64,000 nucleotides of DNA. Source: Setoptus koraiensis (taxonomy: Eukaryota > Animalia > Arthropoda). A program made the position numbers and the translations under genes. A model generated the notes under the pieces. It was not told the origin of the DNA. It saw only the letters and a program-made list of their open reading frames with translations, and made no database searches. Of the stretch, positions 1 through 11,654 are shown piece by piece; the first letter of the stretch is position 1, and each line of letters starts with the position of its first letter. The DNA is taken from NCBI GenBank assembly GCA_048013815.1, contig CM106586.1, positions 4,216,001 to 4,280,000 of the forward strand. The letters are read 5' to 3'.

Positions 1-3000
1 GGTGCCTGATGGACACTCGCTTGCTGTTGCTGCTGACTACTGTTGCCACCACCTACGTCCTGGCTACCTGATTGCTTTTGATTGACCAGGTGACCCGACG
101 ATTGTTGCTGTTCGTTTGTGACCGACGACGGCGGGGGCGACACCGACAAGGAATGATGCTGAGACTGGTAATTGGCCGACGACAATGATCTATCTAAACT
201 TCTGAACTCCGAACCGGTGGTTGTCTTGCTATTCTGCTGGTTCAGGTGTGCCGAGTGTTCGGCAGGCGGTGTCGCAGTGTCTGGCGACGAGGTTGCCCCC
301 GACTTTGCTGACACCGAAGAATCTCGGAGAGATTGTTGTTGCGTCAGTATTGCAGAACTGTTGTTGTCAGTGGACAATTTTGACTGTTCGTTGAGTTTCT
401 TAGTGCCATTGGCTGGCACATTATGAGATGAGCTAGCGCCAATTGAGCCGGCTGTCAAGTTGGTGACATCATTAGCGGCGCTGCCCATGAGTAGACTGGC
501 CGAATTAGGCTGACTATTGTCAACGGTGGGTATGATATTCTGATTGAATCTGCTCAGACCGTAATGCTCGCGATTTTTTATCGCGCTCACCGATATAATG
601 CGCTGGATTTCGCTCAATTTAGACGCCTTTATTCCCTTGCCAGCGGATATCTGGGGCGGTTCGGGAGCGGGCAAGCCCAACACAAAACAGCCAGTTCCGG
701 TGGCCACTCCTGTTAGCATGTTCTCGCCAACGGATATGTCCACAGTGAGACCATACAAACAATTCATGCCCAAAAACTTGAGCTTACTCAACAATTGCCT
801 GTGCAATTCATATTCTAAAAATGGCAAGGCATCGTCGACCTCTTTGGCGCTGACCTCACCGTGCGAGTCGCGTTTGTTACGACAAACTCTTGCTTGTACC
901 AAAGTGCCAATGCTGGCAGTATTTAGATTACTCGGTGGCTCTATGGTGAGCAACAGAACATCGGGGACCTTGTTCTGGTGGCATAGTGTACAATCGGCAA
1001 ACGAGGACACCGAATTGAGACAGGTCAATGGCGTATGGCACAAACTGCAATCGGGTTTGGCCGGAGCATTTTGCTTTGGACAACTGCTTGACGGTTGCTG
1101 TTGCTGATCGGTTTTTAATGATTGCTGCTGCGAAGTATTAGAATTGGTCTTGTTCAGTTTGCCGTCGCTCTCTAATTTTGTTGCCGGAATGTCGGACTGC
1201 TGAATCGTTGCTGCGTCTACGAAATCTTGGGCATAGATGATGGGCGTCGGCTTCAAGACGGCCGCTGTGCCCGAAGCGGACAAAATGCAAACATCCTCTC
1301 TAATGCGACTGTTTTCGCGATATCCCAAAATTGTGTTGCAGTTCAGTGATTTTGCATGAGATTTTATCTCTTTTCGTATCTCAGTCCACCAAGTGTCCCG
1401 TTTTTCGCTCTCGACATCGTTGATGATGTGCAATAACTTCACCGAATGCACCGACACAACTCCTCCAATTGACTGTATCATTCCATCTGGGTATTTTTTT
1501 ATTGTAACAAACGGATATTCGGCCTGTTGTATTCTGTTGGGATGGATGAATATATTGCGATTATCGTTGGCCTTGCACAGGCCAAGACTCAGATTTTGCT
1601 GTTTGATCATCTGCTGCAATAGATGCTGTTGTGTCTTGACAGTGCTAACAGATTGAGCAAATTGATAGGCTGGCTGTCTTAATTTTAGCGAAGAATGACT
1701 CGCTTGTTGTTGGTACTTGTGATGTTGTGGCGCATTTTGTGGATTGGACAAAATTGTGCGAGATTGTGACAAATGTCGGCTTGCCTGATCCGAGCCGGTG
1801 GCACTGGCATTAGTTTTGTTGTTTGTGGCCAACTTTGATGGATCGGCTTGATTCTGCATCATAGATATCGAGAGATCCGAATCAGATTTGTGCAAGGAGC
1901 CTCGCCGGCCATTGTTTATGGGCGCATAGTTGCTTTTCAGGCTGCTGCTAACCGCCTGAGGTGAGCTACTTGAGCTTTCGCTTCTCAAACATGGAATTGC
2001 GCCCTCATTTATAGATTTATCTTGTAGTTGTTTGTTAGATGCGGATTGATTTTGTTGCTTGCGTTTTGGCGATGATGGCGAACCACTCGTATTCAATCTG
2101 GCATTGCTTGAATTGGGTCGTTGACGTGACATAGTGGACGACGTTTGACTACTAGCGCTGGTACTAGATTTTTCCGAATCTGATGAATCACCGCTAAGAT
2201 CCTCATCGGATATATCCACCTCTTTGCCTCTGGACACAGTTCTATGTCTGCCCGCAGTGTTGGGACTAGATACTGACGCATTGCAAGTTTTACTTGAATC
2301 TTGCACACCACTACAGGAAGTGGTGGTCGATGGTGGATGCTGTTCGTCGTCCAATTTCTCCTCAATGACAGACAAATTGTCTGCGCCTGTCGATGTAGAT
2401 AAACTTTTCTCGTATTTTGCACTCCTTCCACTAGTGGCCTCTTTGTTACTTGTTTGTTGATTTGCGCCGGCCGTTGTTAGAGATGGAGACACGGCCGAGC
2501 TCGATGATACAGACGACGAGGCCTGATGTGATATATTTTTTGATATTGATTTTCCATTTGCGGTGGTCTGTGCATTTGCGGAAGAAGATGCACTTGTGGA
2601 CTGATTTGCTGTCTTGCCAGCAATTGTTGTTGTTGCTGTGGTGGCTGGGTTGCTGTAAGATTTAAGAGTTGCATTAGAGATTGATTGTGTGAGATGATGT
2701 AATTTTGTAAAGCCAAAAAGTTTAGAAGATATAGGTTGATTATTGTTGTCAGTTTGGAATTTGTTGTTATTAGTAGTAGTAGCGACGTCGTTAGTAGGAT
2801 CTAGAGCGTCATCATCTGACAGGTTAGTTGTTGATTGCGTCATATCGTTATCATTATGACTAGTTGTAGTGGCAGTTGCTAAAATGTTAGCTGATCTCTT
2901 TGTCGGCTTAATAGAGGAATTCATCAATGTTGCCAGATAATTTTCACCAATGGAAAGAAGGTTTTTGTTAGACTTTCTAGAGGGACCTAGCTTAAAACTG

Positions 3001-4354
3001 AATTGTTTTGATTTTTTGTTTGACAGTTGCAATCTATGTTGGTTAGCTGCTGTTGTTATTGTATTGTCGTCATTGGTTGGTGACAATGAATCGTTAGTAT
3101 AAGTAGTAGTGACAGACGACATCCTTTTCTTGTTTGCATAGTAGTTTGGTGCATAGTTGAAAAAACTAACAGCAACAATTATGAAGACAAGATAGACACA
3201 TTTGACAGACAGATTGTGTGTGGATGGAAAGACATAAGTTTGAGTAATATATACTAGCGAAGCTATTCTATTTTGGCTAGAGCAATTGAGAAAGTACTCT
3301 GAATATTGAAAAAGGAAACCAGTCTGGACAACATAAAGGGATAGCATTCACGGGTCAGGCGGAGGCTTGGATCAATTATGAAATATGGGACTAGAGAGAA
3401 ACAAATTGATAACAATAATCCATTAGATACTTACTCGGCCGAAGCAGAATGATGCAAGGTTCGATTAGTTCGTGGCCTGCTACTCAAACTGTCCACTTGG
3501 TCGGGCAAGCGACCAACGGAACTTGGTGTGGTAGCCTGGTTACTCTGGTGATGGTGACGATTGTTGGCGGTTGAATATTTAATTGACATTAACGGCGACA
3601 ATCCTCCTAGCGGCGATCCAATCTTGTTCAATACAACCGCCGTTCCGATACCCCGGCCAACTAGTTTGCGGCCTTCGAAATCAAACGACAACTGGTAACC
3701 AATGACTGCGTTGCCGCCATAAATCTCCGCCTTGAGGCCCAGTTTTCGTTGAACTTCTCCACCGAGCTTAGTGAAAAGTGTCTGTCTGGCCTCATTCGAT
3801 GCTCTAGGTGTGCGTATTTTGTCGATCCATTGATATTCGGGATCATCGTTGACTAGCAGTTCGTCTACGAAGCCCAATATTGCGTCGCATCTGTAACCGT
3901 TTGGTATGTCGGAAAAGAAGAACCTAACACCGCAAGATGATTGCCTGTATCGATTGTTGTCGGCAAACAAATTCACTTTTACCACACAATTTATTTCACC
4001 TCTAATTCCGTGTAATGTGTCATAAATGGGCAACCAACCGCTCATGGAATGGCCATAATTAGTGAGCAAAGGATTGAGATTGATGTAGACCTTGCCAATT
4101 GCATCGTTAGCCGAATAGGTGTCGTAGTCCATGATTCGTATTTGTAGTGGTTCGTCTTGGAGCTCTAAATCGCTCACCTCAAATCTGAACCATTCGCTGT
4201 TCCAGAATGGATTTAGCGATCTACGATACACCTCTGTCTTGTAGGTCGTATTGCCCAGTTTGACCTCAACAAACGCATCGCTGGCATCGCTTGATTTATC
4301 CATGACCGGCAAGTTTCTGCCAGCCAATATTCTAACTTTTACCTTGGCGGGCAT
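1..4354 (-). CDS. C2CD5: C2 domain-containing protein 5 (partial; exons 4354..3435 and 3165..<1, open past the window edge)
   Basis: N-terminus MPAKVKVRILAGRNLPVMDKSSDASDAFVEVK...DEPLQIRIMDYDTYSANDAIGKV is the C2CD5 C2 domain. Donor GA|gtaagt at 3434 and acceptor ctgttag|t at 3166 are phase-compatible. Hand translation of 3165..1 has no stop and contains the C2CD5 blocks EYPFVTIKKYPDGMIQSIGGVVSVHSVKLL, RDTWWTEIRKEIKSHAK and LPFLEYELHRQLLSKLK. The ORF track misses this exon because it has no stop in the window. Confidence 0.93.
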
Positions 4355-5751
4355 CTTGCTTGCCTAAAATGTTTAGTTGCTTTGGCGAAAATGTATCCTA
4401 TTGAGCTGTTGTATCAAACAATTTGCTGATAAACGTGACGTCAAATTATATATATATATTATTCTAGATGTAACTCTCAAATGCAACCTGCATGGTTGGC
4501 GATCTTTGGCTCAACGAGATGACACCAACTTGGAAATAAAAATCTTTCAATCAGTGCTTGTGTGCTAGATAAATCCTTGTGAGTTTATCCTTTTGGCCGT
4601 CTATAGCTCCGTTACGATTCTAGGCTGCTTACATAACAATGGCAGTAGTGAACGTATATCATTGGAAAATCGCTATCGCTATGTTGTTGGCGGCGACTAG
4701 ATCGAAACGGTGGCTTGTTGAAATTATTAACGTTGAATATTTTCACTTTCACAATATAAAATAATAATTACTTTATAGCTGCTTAAATTGACTAGCTAGC
4801 GGACAATAGTAGTGTGGAAGACTAAAAAAATGGTTTGGGAGTATGGCAACAATGTTGTAGCTTGATCGATAAATAGCGCTATACGACGCTCTTACTGAGG
4901 ATGTGGTGCTTGGCTAGCTAGTCAACATGACACGGCCATCATTGGGCCAACTGTAAATGGTTACTAAATGGGGGCAATCTGAGCAACATCCAATGCATAT
5001 GCTAATTCTTACCATGTTAACTATTGGTAATTACAGACACTCAATCGCACACACACACACACACACGCCAGAATAAAATACGTATTAATAATTATATACA
5101 ATGCTATGTTACATAATAACCTATCCAGTGCTATTTGGCATTGTTTGGGACTGACGCTGGTGAGTTCTGTAAGAATAACAAGGCAATAGGCGATAGTAAC
5201 GTATAGAGACTAGATGGCTCTACTCAGGCCGAGCACATACATCAGCGTATATCATGGTGACTCACAACATGAACGAGCTATGGTATTTCAGTCTAGGATG
5301 CAGAGGAATGTAACAATTTCGCCTTGATAAACTCAGCTGTTGTACCATATGCGCATGTATTAACCTAGCGTGCGAGAACATAGCGCTCACCCCAGCGCGC
5401 GAATAACAGTTCGCCTAGAATAGATATCCCAAATACCACCAGTAAAGTTTGTTTTAACGTTATCTTTATTTCCTTTTCAACTGTGGAACCCAACGTGGAC
5501 TTTTTGTATTAGCTAGCCGTCACTGAAATTATTATAGCGTTCACACCTTAGAATAGTTAGCTAGTCACACAACAAAATCGCATCTCAAATCCGGTGTATA
5601 AGGGAGTGCGTATACATAGATAGATTACATTAGATATGCGATGAGATTTTGCAGCGATATGACGCTACAACACTTCAGTTATGGCTACATGGCTAGCACA
5701 TAGTTGATTGTGTGCACAGACATACACAAACAAATAGACACCTGGTCCAGC

Positions 5752-6408
5752 CTAGTACAGTCTCTGTGGAGGTCCCATAGTTGATTTGATATGAAGTGAT
5801 CTAATATTTTGCCAATTCTTTTTAAGGAGCGATATTAAGAAGTTGATGGCCAAATTGATGTTTTGCACAAGCTGGTCCAACTGCATATCGACATGTCCTA
5901 CAGCTACAGCCAAACACAAGACCTTCTTCATTTGTAATTTGATTGTTGCCTTCACCTCATCCACTTTGGCGACCATGTTCTCGTTGTGAGTCAACAAGGT
6001 TGGAAATTTACCAGCTTTGTTCAAACCTGGACCCAACAAACGGGGAATCTGTTTGATGAGTGATTCGGAAGCTAAGAAGGCATCGTATTTCTTCGCCAAT
6101 TTCTTGACCAACTTCTTGTTCTTATTTAATTTTTTCAATGCTTCAGCATCCATACATTCGACGCCATTGGCTGTGGCCTCGTCACAATGCTGTTGGTCAC
6201 CAAGGACGCAAACTCTGTACTTTGGCCTGGGGATGTGCTTCAATCGTACAGTACCAGAGAAACGTTTGTCCTTCTGTGGGTCGTAGTTCTTGAGACCTAT
6301 CTGCAATTCTACTGTTTCTAAGAAGCCTCTCTTGTTTTCCTTGCTGTGTTTCAACATGGTGTTGATACAGTCAAATAGTGTCTCTCGACTGATTTTGCTG
6401 GTGCTCAT
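5752..6408 (-). CDS. RPL10A: 60S ribosomal protein L10a (uL1), 218 aa, no intron in the CDS
   Basis: Full-length eukaryotic uL1 motifs: [64 protein letters not shown] on the minus strand at 5470..5465. Confidence 0.98.
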   Translation of the reverse strand: MSTSKISRETLFDCINTMLKHSKENKRGFLETVELQIGLKNYDPQKDKRFSGTVRLKHIPRPKYRVCVLGDQQHCDEATANGVECMDAEALKKLNKNKKLVKKLAKKYDAFLASESLIKQIPRLLGPGLNKAGKFPTLLTHNENMVAKVDEVKATIKLQMKKVLCLAVAVGHVDMQLDQLVQNINLAINFLISLLKKNWQNIRSLHIKSTMGPPQRLY

Positions 6409-7039
6409 TTTGAGTTTTAATTAATGAATCTGTTGTACAAAAATGGGTATTTTGGTAGTTCCCAAACAATTGAATTGAATGAATTACGGCCACTGAAATC
6501 CAAGAGCAAACGGTGAGAATGTTGGTACGGTCAGAACGAAATGGAAGATGAGAGATGGGTTAGTTAGGTAGTCCGTGTGATGATAATAGTTTAGAGTATC
6601 GGATATTTAGAGATTTGTTAGCTACAGAATTGGCACGGATGGCATGATGTGTATTACTGAATGCATCCGCTTCCTAAGTAGTCATACTCATTTAATTTCG
6701 TCTCTAACAATTACAATTTTTGTTTTAAATTGGCACCGCAGCCAACCAGAGAATAGGTTGCTCGGCGTGGCGTTGAGACATTGCTAGTGCATGGTGCTGA
6801 GGCTGATTTTTTGTTTTATTGATAGAACTTACCCCAGATATACTATCCTAATAATGATAATGATAATTTAGATTAAATAATAATTTTGCAAGTCCGGTAA
6901 TAATTTTGCATATATCAAATGCCTTGTAAAAATCATTCGTGGTGCTACTATTTCCCATTGACCGCACTGAACACACTGCCGAAATGTGTGTGTCTGTCTG
7001 TCTGTGTGTGTGTGAGTGTGTAGAATTGATCGGCAACCG

Positions 7040-7263
7040 GAAAATAGAGAACTGCGTGTGCCGAACAGCAGCATGAATTTTCTGTGCCGCAAACCCTGTT
7101 TGCGCTATTCGGGCGTCTCGCTGTGTGGCGAACGAAGGGAAAAGAGTGCACGAATTTGCGCAAAGTGACCACCACTGCGCTGTGGATGGCATGCTGCAAA
7201 ACTGATGTGCGCGGCGCAGAGTAGGACATGCTGTCGGTGCGATGCATGCAGTTCTCGATTTTC
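7040..7263. other. Rod-like structured element with ~36-nt imperfect terminal inverted arms (candidate ncRNA or MITE-like relic)
   Basis: 7041..7058 AAAATAGAGAACTGCGTG matches the reverse complement of 7245..7262 at 16/18. CCGA (7061) pairs with TCGG (7234) and CAGCATG (7069) with CATGCTG (7227). There are several internal hairpins. Confidence 0.4.
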
Positions 7264-7274
7264 TGATGCGAAAC

Positions 7275-7301
7275 TACAGCATCTCACAGTGAGATGCTGT
7301 A
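7275..7301. repeat. Perfect inverted repeat, 13-bp arms, 1-nt spacer
   Basis: TACAGCATCTCAC-A-GTGAGATGCTGTA read directly. Confidence 0.95.
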
Positions 7302-7739
7302 AAAATAGTTGCCTGCTATGTTTCAGCCATCAAAACTAGATGGCGCCTAGGAAGCCAAAAAACACATCACACAGGCCGAGGTGTCCCGCCGAATGTCGTC
7401 GTTTTTCTGGCGCTCTCACTAACCGCTCTCACAAGTTTGTCGTTACGTTGAGCCGCCAAGTGGAACTTTACGGAAAGTTTCAATGCAACACTTGCACGTG
7501 ATATAAAAGGTGATATCGACCATGAAATCAAACATCACCTTTGTTTGAAACATGTGACAATAATTTCAACAATTGTGCACGTTGTATTGCCAGATAAAAT
7601 TGTAATCTTATTGCATATTGATTAGCTGCTCAGGTTATTATCGGTTTTCCGCAGTGACAATTCTCAGGGAGTCACATCATTATGACATTAGCGAGTCCCA
7701 ACCAATACAACCAGGCCTTTCATCACATATTTGGACACA

Positions 7740-8708
7740 ATGGTCAGCCATCACACAAATTCTGTGGTTCCGAGCACCACCCCTCACTTGAGGATGATTC
7801 CTGAATGTCGTATTAAGGACATTTTGGACAAGTACGCTCAGGGAGGATTTCGTTTTTATGTTGAATCATACCCGAAACGTATCACGTTAGGTCTCCTTAA
7901 AATATTATTCCCAAAGAATATCATCTTTTGGGATGAAATTCTCATTGTTACGGACAAGTCAACAATGCAACCAACTGATACTGCCCTGCTCGTCCTTCAA
8001 AATGAGAAAGCTCCTATGATGTCGAAATTTATAAATACCAGAAGAGGTAGATCTGAGGTATGTGCACTGAAATCGCATAACTGTCTAGTAAGGGAGGATT
8101 TCAAGAAATTCCAGTCTTTACTGCAGATTCACCAGAATAGTATTGCAGAGTTCGTTTCAACTGTTGAAACGAACTCCCCAGAGAGAATCACTCCTATTTC
8201 ATCCAAGACAACTACCTGTAATATTACTTCAACAAACACCGACATTCAAAGTAGAGAAAGAGTTTCCAGCACTACAATGGTAAAGTTCAAAGATGCCCCA
8301 TCCGGTCCCAAAAGACTTAGACCTGCGGATCTCCTTGATGCTAGCTTTTTTCTACGAAAGATACGAAATAAAATCTATAAAGCATTCTTGGTTTTTTTGG
8401 ACTTTCTCCGTCGACGTGATATAGAATTTGATGAGATAAATACTGTCTTGGGTGATATTTTCGGCCCAATTAAGAAAAAGCGTCTATTCATAAGATCGGA
8501 TACTTCGCAGCAGGATGCTTGTGCGCCACTGCCCAATGGTTCATGTTTCATCATATGCGATGATCGTACAGCTTTGGATTATGAGACACTGAGGCAAAGA
8601 GCTCGCGGAAAAAATGTATATTTTGGTGCAGTTCGGGTAGAGACGATAGCGACAGCTATAGTTAGCGGCAAAGTGCTGGTGTTCAGTAACCCAAGGACCC
8701 AAGGATGA
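7740..8708 (+). CDS. Hypothetical protein, 322 aa, family not recognised
   Basis: Stop-free 969-nt ORF from ATG 7740 (the track starts at TTG 7731). Globular, non-repetitive composition in two halves joined by a Ser/Thr-rich linker. No motif confidently recognised. Confidence 0.7.
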   Translation: MVSHHTNSVVPSTTPHLRMIPECRIKDILDKYAQGGFRFYVESYPKRITLGLLKILFPKNIIFWDEILIVTDKSTMQPTDTALLVLQNEKAPMMSKFINTRRGRSEVCALKSHNCLVREDFKKFQSLLQIHQNSIAEFVSTVETNSPERITPISSKTTTCNITSTNTDIQSRERVSSTTMVKFKDAPSGPKRLRPADLLDASFFLRKIRNKIYKAFLVFLDFLRRRDIEFDEINTVLGDIFGPIKKKRLFIRSDTSQQDACAPLPNGSCFIICDDRTALDYETLRQRARGKNVYFGAVRVETIATAIVSGKVLVFSNPRTQG

Positions 8709-11612
8709 CCTAAGGAGACGAAGTCGTAGAGTTTATTCCAACTTATGTTCCACAACTTGCCCAGGGAGAATCGACTGGTACCTAACACCAAAACATGTCA
8801 GAAACAAATGCTCTCAGCAGAGCCTAAATATAAACTCGAACAAAATGCGTCTAATTCTACATTAGCCTGGACACGATAAGATATCAGGAAACAGCTAGTA
8901 TCAATGTCATTGCAACAACCTATATAAAATGTTGTTTAGTTTTAAATATAATGTTCCCTTGATTGAAAAACAATAGCAGCCAACAAATGAAAATTCTCTA
9001 CTTGGTATTAACTGGTTTAATGAGTGTACTTTTTCGTACACAGATTGCCAACCAGGTCATGCGGTGTCTAAAATAAGGTTGGTGCATCTGCTTCGGGCAT
9101 CTAACGTCAAGATCATATAGGACAAGCGAAGGATGTGAAGATTGTTTAGAATAACGTAAAGGCTTCTCAACTTGGTTACGATTTAATGACCATTATTGAT
9201 CTTATGATTATGCAAATGTTATATGTTTGTTTGGCACGAGCTGGTCGCGCGCAATAGATTTAGATTGAGGAGAAGATGCATGGATCTGTACGACAATATG
9301 CAGATTGTTTGTGTTCGCGTATGATACAGTTTGTTGCATCAATTATGTGTGGCGTCGCAAGCCGGAATAAGTGTTTGTGATAGTTATAAGCTCGGATGTT
9401 GAGCATTTGAAACAAATAAGCCGCTCAAATAAGATAATCTGTTGAGATAGAGAGAGAGAGAGAGACAAAGAGAAAGAATATAAATTAGTGTTATACAGAC
9501 GAAGAGTTTGGCATGACAACAACAATTGAATCAAGTCATAATTGTTTGCTTGTCTATGGTGATGATATCAGCGGCGCTATCATCAGCATGACGTCTGATA
9601 TCTGTCCATTTGATCAAGAAAATATGAAGTATTATACTGCTAGTATAGTGCAGTATATTATTGTTGGCAGTTATTTGCATGAAATGCAAATTTATCTTGA
9701 TGATGGACAATTTATGAATTCATGAATTTATGAATGATGAATGTTGCATGTTGCATGTTGAAGGAATTGCGCCAGAAATTGCGAAAGTGTGGCCTCTGTG
9801 ATTTGCTACGACGAGCGCATAGATAGATAGAGTGTGATAGTAATGAATTGTGTAGTGGCTGTCGTATACGGATAGCTGAATGTGAGGCCGACGACGACGA
9901 CAGCAATATGTTTATGGCGACACGGTTATCGAGGTTGCCAATCTATTGATAACGGTGTTTGCGAGCAAATGTTGTGCAAAGTATTACACAGTATGGAAGC
10001 GTTCGTTTGTGGGTGGACGCGTGCCAAATATAAGTATCGCACTGGCTGTTTGTTCATTTGCATCATGACGCCGATAATGATACGCGGCACTAGCCTCCAA
10101 TTTGAGCTGGCCCATATGCTAATGTTGGCGTTGGCCAGCAAGCGATTAAGCGAGCGTGAGATGGACACTGGCCAGTGGCGTGCGTATTAGCGCGGATATG
10201 TCAGCGCGTATCTATTGGCCTGTATATATTAGAGTGCGGCCAGTGCAGCAAGTGGCCAGGGATTAAGGAGTGAGTCGGGCCCAATCATTAGGGGGCCAAC
10301 TTGAGAGAGAGAGAGAGAGCGAGCGTAATCTCCGGCGCGAATCGACCTATCGCCGCCAGGGTGCTCATTGGGCAGTGTGCTGGCGCCAACTTGCGATACC
10401 GACGAGTCGTGCAAACGATGCGACAACCGGCAATCGATCCGAATCGAACCGCCAATGTCCAGTTGAGCAACGGTGGCCGAAACGGTGGGCCACTGTTGAC
10501 TTTTGCCGCCGGTCGGTGCCAGTGGACAGTGTCGTGTTGTGAGCACATCAATCAAACCGGCCGGTGGCTTGCAAGCCGGCAGCCACGGCCAGCAAACGGC
10601 TAAAATTAGCCCAGTAGTCATGGTGCAATATACTAATTAGAGCGGCCCAATGTCACGCTCAATCATGCGCCTATTCACTCTCACTGGAAACCGATCTGTC
10701 TCGCAGTGGTTGTCGGTGTCTGGCAGTGGCGGTCGAAGTCGCTTTCGATGTCGCTGTCGACGCCAGCGAGAGCAGAAGCGACGGGCAAACAAGAGGAAAA
10801 AAGCTAACCCGTTCGCCGATAAGCAATTAATCAGACTAATTAATTGATTGAAAGCAATCGCATGCAAACAGTCGGCCACAATTGAGGCTGATTGGTTGTT
10901 GATAGCCGATTGTGGGTGACAAACGCGAGCGCAAACGGTGAACGGTTGGACGCGCGCAAACAACGCGCACTGTTTGTCGGATTTGTCACCACAAGCGGGC
11001 ACGAATTGATTGCAGCGGCAGCAACTGGAGCGAGCGGGGCCAAGTGTCGCCGTTGCTGTTGCCGGCCAGCGAAAAGTGTCGCAAACCGGCAAACCGTGGC
11101 AAACTGAGGCAAACTGAGGCAAACTGAGGCAAAGGCAAGTTTGCCTCGGTTCGCCTCGGTCTGCGGGACAGCGTTTGTTTATTGTTGCAGGCCGGTGGAC
11201 GCGACGCGATTGTCCCGACCGGACAATTCGGTGTGCACACAACTCTGGTGTTGAAGCGCACTCAAACGAGCCGAATCAAGGTGAGCTCAGGTGAGCGCGT
11301 TTGCGTTCAAAAAAGCGCTGCTCCCCCGGACACACCCAGCAGCGCCAATTGACGAGAGTGCAACAAGAGTTTCGCGAGTCTCTTTTTCGAGATGGTGCTA
11401 AATGCTGAATGCAACTGGAACAAATTCAAAAGCTCGAAAGCTCAAAAACTCGATAACTCAAAATCTCGAACACGCAAAAGCTCGAACGCTCAAAAACTCG
11501 AACACTCGACGACTAGGAAAACGTCGCCCAGTGCACGCCGGTTGCCCGTGCACGTGCTCGCTGGTGCTCGTGTGAATGGTCGTTTTATTGCCTGTTGGAC
11601 GTGTTGTTGTTA

Positions 11613-11654
<42 letters not shown>

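Noticed and set aside
172-2716. Plus- and minus-strand ORFs in the track (e.g. 598..1107, 172..426, 2093..2431)
   Set aside because: They are antisense or out-of-frame shadows of the long C2CD5 exon 2.
7336-7347. CTAGATGGCGCC as a CTCF/YY1-like insulator site
   Set aside because: Only the 3' half of the CTCF core matches; a single partial motif is not evidence.
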